Virus record (IMG/VR): IMGVR_UViG_3300013121_000025
Coordinates: 89,653-153,652 of that record
DNA length: 64,000 nucleotides
Direction: 5' to 3' (one strand)
Origin: a virus
Taxonomy: Duplodnaviria > Caudoviricetes
Shown: positions 1-9,306 of the stretch, piece by piece
How the letters are laid out: every line of letters starts with the position of its first letter
How positions within the stretch are numbered: the stretch's first letter is position 1
Translations under genes and position numbers: made by a program
Notes under the pieces: generated by a model
Seen by the model: the letters and a program-made list of their open reading frames with translations, nothing else
Database searches by the model: none
Told to the model about the DNA's origin: nothing

Positions 1-2275
1 GAATGACAGAGTTTCTATCATCACCCGAATCAGGGTTATGATGAAAGATTTGTTGATCCACCTTAAGATTTTCAACTAACCATTCTGCTATACTGAAATT
101 AGCTGTATGAATAATTCCTTTATCTTTTTGATGTAAATTGCAAATTGTCTTTACGCCTTTTAGCATGTGCTCACGAGATTTAGTATTTTGAGGCTTATCC
201 CAATCAACATTCATCTTCATGTGTGGAATGAATCTCACCTTTCTGTTTTCAGGTGGGAATTCAGAAACAAGTGAAATATAAGCTGCTTCTTCTTTTGGAA
301 TGCCTAATTTCTTACAATAACCCTCAAAACTTGGAATTGTAGCAGACATAAAAAGAAACTTATCCGCATATGGACCAAGATACTTACTAAAGATTTGATC
401 AGCGTGTAGACGTTTGAATTTGATATTCATCTTATCATGTACTAATACCCAATCCTTATCCAAATCATGTTTAGATACAGATTCAAGAGATGTTACAGAT
501 GTTAAATGTTCACATAATTCTGTGTATTCTTTAATTAGATCAATCTCATCAGGGGCTAAATGTTTTTGTTCAAGCAATGGAGTTACAGTTTGTTCCATTG
601 TATTGACGGTTTGATCTAATGCAGGTAGATATGTATCTCTCACCCATTGATATGCTTTATTTTTGTCAGAAAAGTAAGTCCATTTTAGATGAACTTGTTC
701 CATTCTAGATTTGGTAATATGGATTGCATTATATTCACATAGAATATTTTCTAAAGAATGTGCTTCATCACATATCATTAATTGTCTTCGTTCGAAGTCA
801 CCAACAACGGAGAATTGCAAGAGTGCTAATTCGTAATTAAGAACCATATTGGAAGAAGTTGCAGCTTTTGATTTTGCATTTTTATGGTTACAATCATTGC
901 ATTTTGGTTTAATTAATCCGCCAATTGCACAATTAGTTCTTTTTGATTTGCATTCATAATTTGACTTGCCATATAAACCAATCAAGTTGGTCAAAGGATT
1001 ATTATTGAAATCATTTTCATATTGCTTTTGTAATATGCGTTGTGGTGTCAATATGAATGAATTACCGAATCCGTTTGCTAAGAAGCGGGAAAATGTTATA
1101 CCTATATCACTTTTCCCACTATTGTGAGTAACAGTGAAATCGTCCAACATATATAAATGATCTTTATCTAACAAAAAACCGTAAAAATTGTCGTTGTTAA
1201 CATACTCTACAGAAAATCCTGTCACATGTGGTCGCTTCTGTTGCTGTCGAATAGAAGCTTGTTTTCTTTTTATTTTAGTTGGTATTAAATGGGTGTGCCC
1301 TGAAATACATACATCATAATATATATTTCCTTTGACCATTCTATCATAAATGGTTACAGTAAAACCTACACTGTGTGCAATAAAGGAGACATCATCACGT
1401 AATTTAGATGACTTAGTGGTATATACAAAGCAGTTTGATGAATTGTGTCCATCTGTATCGATTAAACCAGCTAAAATATTCAAGCGAGAGTCGATCGATG
1501 ATATTTTGTATACATGTGGAATAAATTTATTTTCAGATGTTAAACCATACAACTGTAGATTTTTAAGTTTGTTGATTAAATGATTAATTCTTGGTATGGA
1601 ATTGATACGCTCTGATACAAAGCGGTATGTATGGGCCTTTGATTGTGTTTTATATTTTTTAATAGTACAATCAAAATGCTCTGCTATATTGTTTAGATAA
1701 GATTCGATTTCTGGATCCATAGAAGTAACATCAATGCTGTGTGTTATTGATCCATCACCCAATAACACACCTAATAAGTACGGATCTATTGGTAATTCCA
1801 ATCCTTCGGTTGTAAATGAAATTGATTGTGGTTTGTATAATTTCACATTTCGTTTAAAGTCATTGCTTTGATTTAGATAATCATGCACAGATATATTGAT
1901 AATATTTTTTCCGTCAAAACCATATCTTCTAGCTGGCGTGGTAATCACTGATAAAATATGATCTTCATTTACATAGAATGATTTTCCTTTGATTGGTTTG
2001 ATTCTGTATATTTTGCCATATCCATTGAATAATTTAAGAACACGACGTGGTGACGAATCAGGTCCCATTAATATGTCATTTGGTTGCACATCTTCAACGT
2101 TGCGTAATGTTCCATCGAACATTACGACTTTGGTCCCTTTTGTATGGCAACCAACAGGTGCATTCAATATGAAATATTTCTTATCTCTATTTGCTTCAAG
2201 CCATTCCAGTGCTTGTATTTGCGGATCTCTTGGTTGTTTTGATTTATCTGGCCAATAACTAAGTATATTTGACAT
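1..2275 (-). CDS. DinG/Rad3-family helicase, intein-containing (3' end runs off the window)
   Basis: Not in ORF track (no stop in window). Manual translation from ATG 2275: MSNILSYWPDKSKQPRDPQIQALEWL..NAPVG[intein]SGKS (Q motif, Walker A), Cys cluster ECKSKRTNCAIGGLIKPKCNDC (Fe-S), ICDEAH (motif II), FMSAT (motif III). Confidence 0.88.
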   Translation of the reverse strand, partial: MSNILSYWPDKSKQPRDPQIQALEWLEANRDKKYFILNAPVGCHTKGTKVVMFDGTLRNVEDVQPNDILMGPDSSPRRVLKLFNGYGKIYRIKPIKGKSFYVNEDHILSVITTPARRYGFDGKNIINISVHDYLNQSNDFKRNVKLYKPQSISFTTEGLELPIDPYLLGVLLGDGSITHSIDVTSMDPEIESYLNNIAEHFDCTIKKYKTQSKAHTYRFVSERINSIPRINHLINKLKNLQLYGLTSENKFIPHVYKISSIDSRLNILAGLIDTDGHNSSNCFVYTTKSSKLRDDVSFIAHSVGFTVTIYDRMVKGNIYYDVCISGHTHLIPTKIKRKQASIRQQQKRPHVTGFSVEYVNNDNFYGFLLDKDHLYMLDDFTVTHNSGKSDIGITFSRFLANGFGNSFILTPQRILQKQYENDFNNNPLTNLIGLYGKSNYECKSKRTNCAIGGLIKPKCNDCNHKNAKSKAATSSNMVLNYELALLQFSVVGDFERRQLMICDEAHSLENILCEYNAIHITKSRMEQVHLKWTYFSDKNKAYQWVRDTYLPALDQTVNTMEQTVTPLLEQKHLAPDEIDLIKEYTELCEHLTSVTSLESVSKHDLDKDWVLVHDKMNIKFKRLHADQIFSKYLGPYADKFLFMSATIPSFEGYCKKLGIPKEEAAYISLVSEFPPENRKVRFIPHMKMNVDWDKPQNTKSREHMLKGVKTICNLHQKDKGIIHTANFSIAEWLVENLKVDQQIFHHNPDSGDDRNSVI
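1121..2149 (-). mobile_element. Class 1 intein with LAGLIDADG endonuclease (343 aa) in helicase Walker A
   Basis: Begins CHTKGTKVVMFDG, contains PYLLGVLLGDG and LAGLIDTDG, ends FTVTHN followed by Ser; removal restores APVG-SGKS. Confidence 0.93.
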
Positions 2276-2304
2276 GTATATTTCTCAAAAATGATTATTC
2301 GGTG

Positions 2305-2333
2305 ATTTTACGCGATTTATCGCGTAATGTCAA
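2305..2333 (-). promoter_or_regulatory. Sigma70-type promoter for the helicase, with palindromic spacer
   Basis: TTGACA-17nt-TAAAAT, 30 nt upstream of ATG 2275; TTACGCGAT-nn-ATCGCGTAA at 2308-2327. Confidence 0.8.
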
Positions 2334-2372
2334 CCGAATCGAGTTCCTGTTGGAACTCGCGTGATTTGTGTT

Positions 2373-2762
2373 CAAAAAATGAATAATTAATATATTCATT
2401 CACTTCGTTCATTCATATATTAATTATTAGCGCTTTTAAATCCATTGAAATCCTAGAATTTGATCCCCCGTTTAGAGTAGAGTACACACACTACTCAGGG
2501 GTATGAAACGGTAACACGCCCCAGTCACTCATTATGACCATAGAGATTAGAATTAAAATTCATTTTTGAATATATCAATGGATAATGGTCTCATAAAGAT
2601 AGCACCACCCGTTCACAAGGAAGATCATCTAATCCTCTTCCAAGGCATGACGACGATATTGTGAAATCCATCACTTAATACGCAAACAACGTACCACCGC
2701 CCAACGATTCGTATCAATTATTACAGATTAGATGTGTAATAATCGAATTGTAAAATTCATGA
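2373..2762 (-). ncRNA. Candidate structured non-coding RNA (or replication-origin region)
   Basis: ORF-free, several stems, upstream promoter at 2768-2796 and a 14-bp stem plus U tract at the 3' end; no recognisable tRNA/tmRNA/RNase P/intron motifs. Confidence 0.45.
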
Positions 2763-2767
2763 AAATA

Positions 2768-2796
2768 AAAATACTTCGGTTTAAAACGAAAGTCAA
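2768..2796 (-). promoter_or_regulatory. Sigma70-type promoter pointing into the non-coding region
   Basis: (G)TTGACT-17nt-TATTTT; -10 is imperfect. Confidence 0.5.
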
Positions 2797-2800
2797 CGAA

Positions 2801-3400
2801 TTATTTTTTACCTTTTTTAGTAAGCATTTTATTTTTTATTGTGTCTACTTTTGATGAAATGGTTAACCATTCTTGAATGCTATCATAAGAACGTTCATTT
2901 CTGGCTTGAATAACTTTCGCTAATTTAAAGAAAACAGAAGCATCCACTATCATAAATTCTTCATGATAGCGTAAGAAATTATTCATTTCAGCGTTTGTAA
3001 TATCCATAAAATGATAAGGCAACACACAATATGTACCTTTTCTTGATGTTCTGAAAAATAATAATGGAGTTCGTTTGGAATTAATAGCATCAAATAATGC
3101 TTCACCAATCCATCCATCAAGATCAGTATCATAATCGTTTATTAATTTTCCGAGATTTGGTTTGTCACCATAATTCTTACATTCAATACTAAATCTGAAC
3201 CACGATGGACAGATAATATCCGAACCGAGGGCCTTTTTTGTAGAATCTTCTAAGTTTTGATTTTTTTCGTAATTTGACAAACCCATAATAGCACCAGAAC
3301 TTGGTGTACGAGCGAATTCTTCTGTTTCGAATGCTTGATTGAGCAAATCTCTCATCTCACGTTCGAGACGATTTCCCTTTGCTTTACTTTTACTAGTCAT
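2801..3400 (-). CDS. Holliday junction resolvase (Hjc-like PD-(D/E)XK nuclease)
   Basis: SKAKGNRLERE...GSDIICP...SIECK motifs; next to gp46/gp47. Confidence 0.8.
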   Translation of the reverse strand: MTSKSKAKGNRLEREMRDLLNQAFETEEFARTPSSGAIMGLSNYEKNQNLEDSTKKALGSDIICPSWFRFSIECKNYGDKPNLGKLINDYDTDLDGWIGEALFDAINSKRTPLLFFRTSRKGTYCVLPYHFMDITNAEMNNFLRYHEEFMIVDASVFFKLAKVIQARNERSYDSIQEWLTISSKVDTIKNKMLTKKGKK

Positions 3401-3651
3401 ATAATACCCATCGCACGTTTATATGCTTCATCAGGATCGACAGTTGTGCCTGATGAATTAACGATTTGTTTCATAACATCAAATAATTGATCTATTTCAA
3501 CATCAGTAATAAACAAATCTATTTGCACTTGTGACGACAAATTTCGTATATTAACTTCGTTATCAATATAATGCTTAATTTCGTCGATGGTAAGAGCACA
3601 TTCATTCAATAAGAATTCCCTTAACTCATCATCAGTTACATTTGTGCTCAT
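3397..3651 (-). CDS. Hypothetical protein
   Basis: 84-aa ORF with AAGGA RBS; ATGA overlap with the resolvase start. Confidence 0.7.
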   Translation of the reverse strand: MSTNVTDDELREFLLNECALTIDEIKHYIDNEVNIRNLSSQVQIDLFITDVEIDQLFDVMKQIVNSSGTTVDPDEAYKRAMGII

Positions 3652-3675
3652 ATTATATCCTTATTTTGAAAATAT

Positions 3676-6480
3676 TTATGTTTCTTTAATTTGCGAGAAA
3701 CCATTACTCATTTGTACAGTGAGAATATTCTCGAAGATATTCTCCACTTCGTCTCTATGTGAGATAATATATACAGATAAGTTTTCTTGTTTTGCTTTGC
3801 GTTTGATTAATTTCGCAGCAGCTTGAATGCCTAATGCATCTAAGCCCACATCCAACACTTCATCAAACATACAAATATTGATAGGATCATGTAATTTCTG
3901 TAACAAATCTCTAAATGCTAATGATAATGATAAGTTAACACGAGCTCTTTGTCCATTAGATAAATTACCAAAGTCGATCTCACGACCATAACTAGATATA
4001 CGAGCTGTGAGTTCTGAGGTAAATTCAACTTTATGTGGCAATCCTAATTCGTTAAGGTATTCTTTAAGTTGTTTATTAAGATATGGTAAATTCTTTTCGA
4101 GCAATACCTTTCTCACGAAAGAATCTTTTTTGGTTAAAATCTTTTGTAAGAATTTTTGATGTTCGAGTAATTTTGTCAATTCATTAATCTCATCATAATT
4201 AATAGATGGCAATGCAATACTTTCTAATTCTTTTAAAGGTTCGATGAAAGGATTTACAGCTGTTTCAAGATCTGCGAGTTTCTGTTTAGCAGAATTAACC
4301 TCTTGTTGTTTAGCTGATAAGTCTTTCATATTATCGAAATGTGCAAGCTTATATAATGCTTCTAATTCTTTTACTATTTTAGTAGATTGTTTTTCCATTA
4401 TATCTACAGCAATTGAATACTCTTTAATTTTAGGAGTATTTGTTTCAATTGCTGCTAATAATTCATTTAATTTTGTCTTCGTATCAGCATAATGTTGATG
4501 ACAATATGGACACTCATGATTATTAAGTTGTTTAATTTCATTCTTCCATTTTGTTTCGTTTGTGAGCAAAGTATTTAAATCCTTTGCGATAACATTCTTT
4601 TCTGATTTTAATTTAGTGAGTTGGTTTGTCTTTTCACTAATGGAGTTAATGATTTCTAATTCAGCTTCGAAGTCAAAATCTTTGAATTTCTCTAAAGTAT
4701 TTTGAATTGAAACGCGTTGGTTATTATTCGTATCTTGCCAAGTCTTAATTCTATTCTTAGCAGATATTAATTGTTGTTCATGACGTTGATGTTCACCTTT
4801 AACAGCTTCTATTTTAAATTCAGCTTGTTTAATAGCTACTTGTGTATCTTTAATTTTTTCCTTAAGAACATCAGCCTTAACAGACAATTCTGTTAACCCA
4901 TTTAAATGTTCCATAATTGCAGTTTGTTCAGCAGACGTTAATTCTAAAAATGGAACACGTGTAGCAGAGAATACAACAATATGAACAAACATATCATACG
5001 GAATTCCTATAATTTGTTCGATATAAGCATTAGTATTAGCTATACTATCTCTTGTAACATCTTTATCGTTAATCCAAAGTTTAACATAGTTACCATCTTT
5101 CGCTTTTCGAGCACGTTCTATTTTAATAACATCTTCGCCTTTCTCAAATGTTGTAGTAACAACCATGTTCTTTTTATTGATATTATTAATTAGGTTATCT
5201 TTTGAGATGTTAGATAATGCTTTATCATATGCAGCAAAAGTAAGAGCATTAAGCAACGTTGTGTTATGAGTTACAATAAAATCATTTGTAATATATAATT
5301 TATCAGGATGATCAACTGAAATACACTGTGCTTCTTTTTTTCCTACATATTCAACATTAGAAATGCGTAATCCACTATTTCCGTATTGAGATATCTCATT
5401 AAGTAAACTTTTCTTTCGAGAGCATTTAACTAGATTTGTTTGATTTTTATATCTTATAGTAATATCGTATGCTAACTTACCTGGAATTTTAATTCTGTCT
5501 TTATTATAATAAAAAGGACGTCTAATACGTACAGACGCAATACCACCTAATGATCTAACAAGATATTGTACTTGTTCAGATAATTGTTTACTAGTCGTAC
5601 AAAATGAAAGTCCGTGTGTTTTTGAGACGAAACCATCAGTATCAATAAGTCCTGCAAGTAATTCTTCTTTTTGTTTAACACTAGTATTCATCATGTATAT
5701 TTCAGGAATAAATTTCTCATGGGAATATACGTCTTTTAATCCTAATTCTGTTATAATTCGTGTTAAGTGTTTAAAAGACCCTTTAATTCTCCAATTTAAT
5801 CCATCTTCACCACTTAACGTGGCTTGTAATGTGGTTAATTTATTATTAATTGCATTTATTACATCATGATCTTTGTTTGTAAATGTTATACCTTTATCAG
5901 TAAAGCCACCATCTCCTAATAAACATCCTAGTAGATAAGGATCTAAGGGTAAATCAACATCAGGAACATCAGGATGTGTTACCAACGGAACGAAAATATT
6001 ATACCAAGCTTTCTTTTTTTCTTTTGCTTTCGATAAAAGAGGAATAAGATCTTTTGTGGATAATAGTTTCGATTGTCTCGATTTTCCATCTTTAACCCAC
6101 ATATGACTTTCTACTTTCCATAAATGCTCGGAACAAGCCTCTACATATCTTCCATCTTGAAATGTTACTTTATAAATGTCGACTGCTCCTTGAGGATACA
6201 CACCTACAACGCTACATATTTCACCTGAAGGCGTAGTTACTTTATCATTAACTTTTATTTCTCCCATGGTTGTCCAACCTGAAGGAGTTTTAATTTTACT
6301 ATCGAGAGTTAATGCTTTTCCCAATCCATTGCTCGTTACTCCAAATACAGTACTATCTAAGTTTTCACCTAGAATTAAAGTAGTACCAATATGATCAAAT
6401 GTAAAGGTGGTAGTATTATTACCATATGACATGAAATTACGTAATGTAACTTCTTTGAATTTTATTATTTTTCCACTCAT
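3676..6480 (-). CDS. SbcC/Rad50/T4 gp46-like recombination ATPase, intein-containing
   Basis: LRNFMSYG, Walker A NGLGK[intein]TT, zinc hook CPYC, signature LSNGQ, Walker B MFDE, IISH. Confidence 0.93.
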   Translation of the reverse strand: MSGKIIKFKEVTLRNFMSYGNNTTTFTFDHIGTTLILGENLDSTVFGVTSNGLGKALTLDSKIKTPSGWTTMGEIKVNDKVTTPSGEICSVVGVYPQGAVDIYKVTFQDGRYVEACSEHLWKVESHMWVKDGKSRQSKLLSTKDLIPLLSKAKEKKKAWYNIFVPLVTHPDVPDVDLPLDPYLLGCLLGDGGFTDKGITFTNKDHDVINAINNKLTTLQATLSGEDGLNWRIKGSFKHLTRIITELGLKDVYSHEKFIPEIYMMNTSVKQKEELLAGLIDTDGFVSKTHGLSFCTTSKQLSEQVQYLVRSLGGIASVRIRRPFYYNKDRIKIPGKLAYDITIRYKNQTNLVKCSRKKSLLNEISQYGNSGLRISNVEYVGKKEAQCISVDHPDKLYITNDFIVTHNTTLLNALTFAAYDKALSNISKDNLINNINKKNMVVTTTFEKGEDVIKIERARKAKDGNYVKLWINDKDVTRDSIANTNAYIEQIIGIPYDMFVHIVVFSATRVPFLELTSAEQTAIMEHLNGLTELSVKADVLKEKIKDTQVAIKQAEFKIEAVKGEHQRHEQQLISAKNRIKTWQDTNNNQRVSIQNTLEKFKDFDFEAELEIINSISEKTNQLTKLKSEKNVIAKDLNTLLTNETKWKNEIKQLNNHECPYCHQHYADTKTKLNELLAAIETNTPKIKEYSIAVDIMEKQSTKIVKELEALYKLAHFDNMKDLSAKQQEVNSAKQKLADLETAVNPFIEPLKELESIALPSINYDEINELTKLLEHQKFLQKILTKKDSFVRKVLLEKNLPYLNKQLKEYLNELGLPHKVEFTSELTARISSYGREIDFGNLSNGQRARVNLSLSLAFRDLLQKLHDPINICMFDEVLDVGLDALGIQAAAKLIKRKAKQENLSVYIISHRDEVENIFENILTVQMSNGFSQIKET
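5263..6315 (-). mobile_element. Class 3 (Ala1, WCT) intein with LAGLIDADG endonuclease (351 aa)
   Basis: Starts ALTLDSKIKTPSGW; block B ACSEHLW, block F AQCISV, block G VTHN then Thr; LGCLLGDG and LAGLIDTDG motifs. Confidence 0.9.
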
Positions 6481-7553
6481 AATTCTGAATATATCCTAAT
6501 CAATAATTGGTTATCTAATTGTTCGTTGTCAATATTATTAAGAAGTTTAACCACTAAATCGTCGATTGTTGTAATATCATCTATTTCTACAGATATATCT
6601 TCAGACTCAGTATTAGTTAACGAATCCTCTTTTGCACCTGATTCTTCTAAAATTAAATCACGTGGTTTAAATACAGCACTAAAATTATGTTTTAATGTTT
6701 GAATTTCTTCGTATGATGTTTCAGTATCGATTATACACTTAACATAAGAGTTAGTAGGTATATCTACTTTTACAGCACGCATATCTGAAAATGATAATTT
6801 GAAATATTTTGGGCAATCTTCCCAATTATGAAATACCATATTATCAGTATCATGATCGTATATCATACAACCACGATCGGTGTCATTTACGTCACCGAAG
6901 TTTGTCGGAAACGTATTTCCGATATATGTGATATTATTAATAGTTTGACGTTTATGAAAGTGTCCTGAAAAAATATGTTTCGGACCTTTGAAATCTTCTA
7001 CATCAGGACCAGACATCATTCTATTAGTTGATCCTGTTACTACGAAACCTTTAAACTCAAAATGACCCCACCATGTTTTATATTTGAGGTATTGTTTAAG
7101 ATTCTTATATTCCTCGTGGAATAAAAACGGTGAAAGGAAAGCTCCACCATTCCCTATTTCAGGAAATACAGTAGGTTCATCGATTAGGATGAAATTTTCA
7201 AATTCTTTGAAGTGAATTAATGAATGAATATCTCTAGTATTTCTATGATATAAATCATGATTTCCGATAATAAAGTATATTGGCAATCCTAATTCATTCA
7301 ATAAAGAAGCACTTTTATAAGACCAATTCATTGTAGCAATATTAAGAGATGAACGACACTCAAACCAATCACCCATGAAAATGATAGCTTGAATGTCATT
7401 GTTAAATTTAATTATGGATATTAACCAATTAATATAATTATAACAATCAATGTTGTGTTGTTCTTGGTTGCTTTTTGCTCCAAAATGTATATCTGTGAAA
7501 CAAATTACTTTGTTAATATTTGTTTTTTTAATTGTTTCCATTCTGATTCCCAT
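6477..7553 (-). CDS. SbcD/Mre11/T4 gp47-like nuclease (start may be ATG 7541)
   Basis: Metallophosphoesterase motifs TDIHFG, GD, GNHD, GHF, SGHFH. Confidence 0.92.
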   Translation of the reverse strand: MGIRMETIKKTNINKVICFTDIHFGAKSNQEQHNIDCYNYINWLISIIKFNNDIQAIIFMGDWFECRSSLNIATMNWSYKSASLLNELGLPIYFIIGNHDLYHRNTRDIHSLIHFKEFENFILIDEPTVFPEIGNGGAFLSPFLFHEEYKNLKQYLKYKTWWGHFEFKGFVVTGSTNRMMSGPDVEDFKGPKHIFSGHFHKRQTINNITYIGNTFPTNFGDVNDTDRGCMIYDHDTDNMVFHNWEDCPKYFKLSFSDMRAVKVDIPTNSYVKCIIDTETSYEEIQTLKHNFSAVFKPRDLILEESGAKEDSLTNTESEDISVEIDDITTIDDLVVKLLNNIDNEQLDNQLLIRIYSEL

Positions 7554-7748
7554 ATAGTTATTAAGTTATATCCTAAATTTTGTATTTGTTGTTCTTTGGA
7601 TAAAGTTTGTTTATATAAAAAATCTGCTGTTTATAGTTATAGGAGTTGTCATATTAATAAAATTAATATTTTGATAGTTATACTTGTCACCATGACGAAT
7701 CTTACATCGTGTAAGAAAAACATCTAATGATATTTTAGTTTTAATCAT
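7505..7748 (-). pseudogene. Internally deleted homing-endonuclease remnant
   Basis: 5' part MIKTKISLDVFLTRCKIRHGDKYNYQNINFINMTTPITI; after a frame change at ~7631, TADFLYKQTLSKEQQIQNLGYNLITIWESEWKQLKKQILTK*. Confidence 0.7.
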
Positions 7749-8232
7749 CACTACCCCATCCATGATACATTGAATCTACGCATGTAGAATCTGAATCCGA
7801 ATGTGCATGATCTATTTGGAATGTAAAAGATGGATTCAGACCATTTTCAATAAGAAGAGTGTCACGAATATCACGTTGTCTCTTTTCAGCGTTAAGATAT
7901 TGAGAAAAACTATGTTTAATACATTGTGTATAGAAAGCGAAAGGATTATTACTTTTTTCAGGATCGAATGCTTTCCACGTACGACACAACATCATCATAG
8001 CGTATGCTTGCATATCAGTATTATATGTATAATTTACATAATTACCTTTGTTAGCATATCTATAACATAAAAGTTGCAACATTTTTGCAAGTTCGTTGGT
8101 CATTTTATTCTGTTCTTTGCTTAATTTGATTTGGGTCATCAAATCTTTGTTGTTTAGGTAGTTTTTCTTCTTTGCTGGTTTTGGTTGATTGATATCAAAC
8201 TCTACTTCTTCTAAATTATTGTTATCTGTCAT
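7741..8232 (-). CDS. Late-transcription sigma factor, T4 gp55-like
   Basis: KNYLNNKDL, YTYNTDM, FDPEKSNNPFAFYTQ, EKRQ; position upstream of gp47/gp46 as in T4-like phages. Confidence 0.82.
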   Translation of the reverse strand: MTDNNNLEEVEFDINQPKPAKKKNYLNNKDLMTQIKLSKEQNKMTNELAKMLQLLCYRYANKGNYVNYTYNTDMQAYAMMMLCRTWKAFDPEKSNNPFAFYTQCIKHSFSQYLNAEKRQRDIRDTLLIENGLNPSFTFQIDHAHSDSDSTCVDSMYHGWGSDD

Positions 8233-8274
8233 TTTTTAACTCTTTGATACCTTTAGGTATCACCTTCATTCATG

Positions 8275-8303
8275 ATTATATACGAAATTTTACTTAAGGT
8301 CAA
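8275..8303 (-). promoter_or_regulatory. Sigma70-type promoter for the gp55-gp47-gp46 operon
   Basis: (G)TTGACC-17nt-TATAAT. Confidence 0.8.
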
Positions 8304-8308
8304 CCTGG

Positions 8309-8315
8309 ATAAATA
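8309..8315 (+). promoter_or_regulatory. T4-type late promoter
   Basis: ATAAATA 23 nt upstream of the first baseplate gene. Confidence 0.7.
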
Positions 8316-8338
8316 AAGAAAATAGGTTTTAAGTTATT

Positions 8339-8959
8339 ATGGCTGACGTATTGTCCAACATTACCATGAAAGTAAGTCTCCGTGAAATTGGAGCTACTTC
8401 TATGGATCGTATATTTACTTATAAGACTACTCCGACTATAAGTGAAGCCCAAACAGTCGAATATAAACAATTCAATCCTGTACACGCTCCAGGATCTATT
8501 AACACGTTCGTAAATTCACCTTCGAGAACCTTTTCGTTTGGTGATGTAAAGTTAATTTCAAGAACTCAACGAGAGGCCACGGAAACTCTTAAAAACATAC
8601 GTTTATTGAGATCATGGACAAAGCCTGTATTTGGATTAGGGGTAACACCAGATGCATTCAAGAATGATCCTAATTCATTTTCTAATGAAGACATATTAGG
8701 AGCACCACCACGTGTATTATTTTTAAGTGCTTACACAAATCATGGCGATGTAAATGGAATTCTCAAAAATATTCCTGTTGTAGTTACTTCCTTAACATTC
8801 AATTATCCAAACGATGTGGATTATATGATTTTACAAGATGGATCAGCAGTGCCTGTGGTTATGAATGTTGAAATTTCTGTTACAGAAACTCACTCTCCGA
8901 TTGAGTACACAAAATTTAGTTTAGCAAAATATCGTAACGGCGATATGGTGAGGTTCTAA
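8339..8959 (+). CDS. Baseplate/tail-tube initiator-like structural protein
   Basis: GAPPRVLFL...NIPVVVTSLTFNYPNDVDY; first gene of the baseplate cluster. Confidence 0.55.
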   Translation: MADVLSNITMKVSLREIGATSMDRIFTYKTTPTISEAQTVEYKQFNPVHAPGSINTFVNSPSRTFSFGDVKLISRTQREATETLKNIRLLRSWTKPVFGLGVTPDAFKNDPNSFSNEDILGAPPRVLFLSAYTNHGDVNGILKNIPVVVTSLTFNYPNDVDYMILQDGSAVPVVMNVEISVTETHSPIEYTKFSLAKYRNGDMVRF

Positions 8960-9300
8960 TGACTGGTAAAAGTTCTGTAGACGATTTTAATAGTCGTTAT
9001 GTACAAGGTGGATTAACAGATGTGTTCCCTAATCGTTTAGGGTGGTGGGAGAGAAGAACATTTGCATCACATCCTACTGATAAGGAGTTTGTGATACCAG
9101 CAGAGTATCATCAACGTCCTGACAAATTAGCTTACGATATATACGGTAGAACAGATTATTACTTCTTTTTACTCCAACGTAATAACATAATTGATATTTT
9201 TGATGAATTCGTAACAGGCAAAACTATCTTTTTACCAACCCCGACAAGAATGTCGTTGGAATTCATGAGTAAACAACCTGGCGGAAACAAGAGAACATAA
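8959..9300 (+). CDS. Baseplate wedge protein, gp53/LysM-like
   Basis: YHQRPDKLAYDIYG...RN...F..GKTIFLP pattern. Confidence 0.75.
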   Translation: MTGKSSVDDFNSRYVQGGLTDVFPNRLGWWERRTFASHPTDKEFVIPAEYHQRPDKLAYDIYGRTDYYFFLLQRNNIIDIFDEFVTGKTIFLPTPTRMSLEFMSKQPGGNKRT

Positions 9301-9306
9301 TATAAT

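Noticed and set aside
414-2258. Plus-strand ORFs 414-614, 1350-1583, 1989-2258
   Set aside because: Antisense shadows of the minus-strand helicase/intein gene.
2373-2762. tRNA, tmRNA, RNase P or group I intron identity for the structured region
   Set aside because: No T-loop/CCA end, tag frame, RNase P P4 or intron P7 consensus recognisable by eye.
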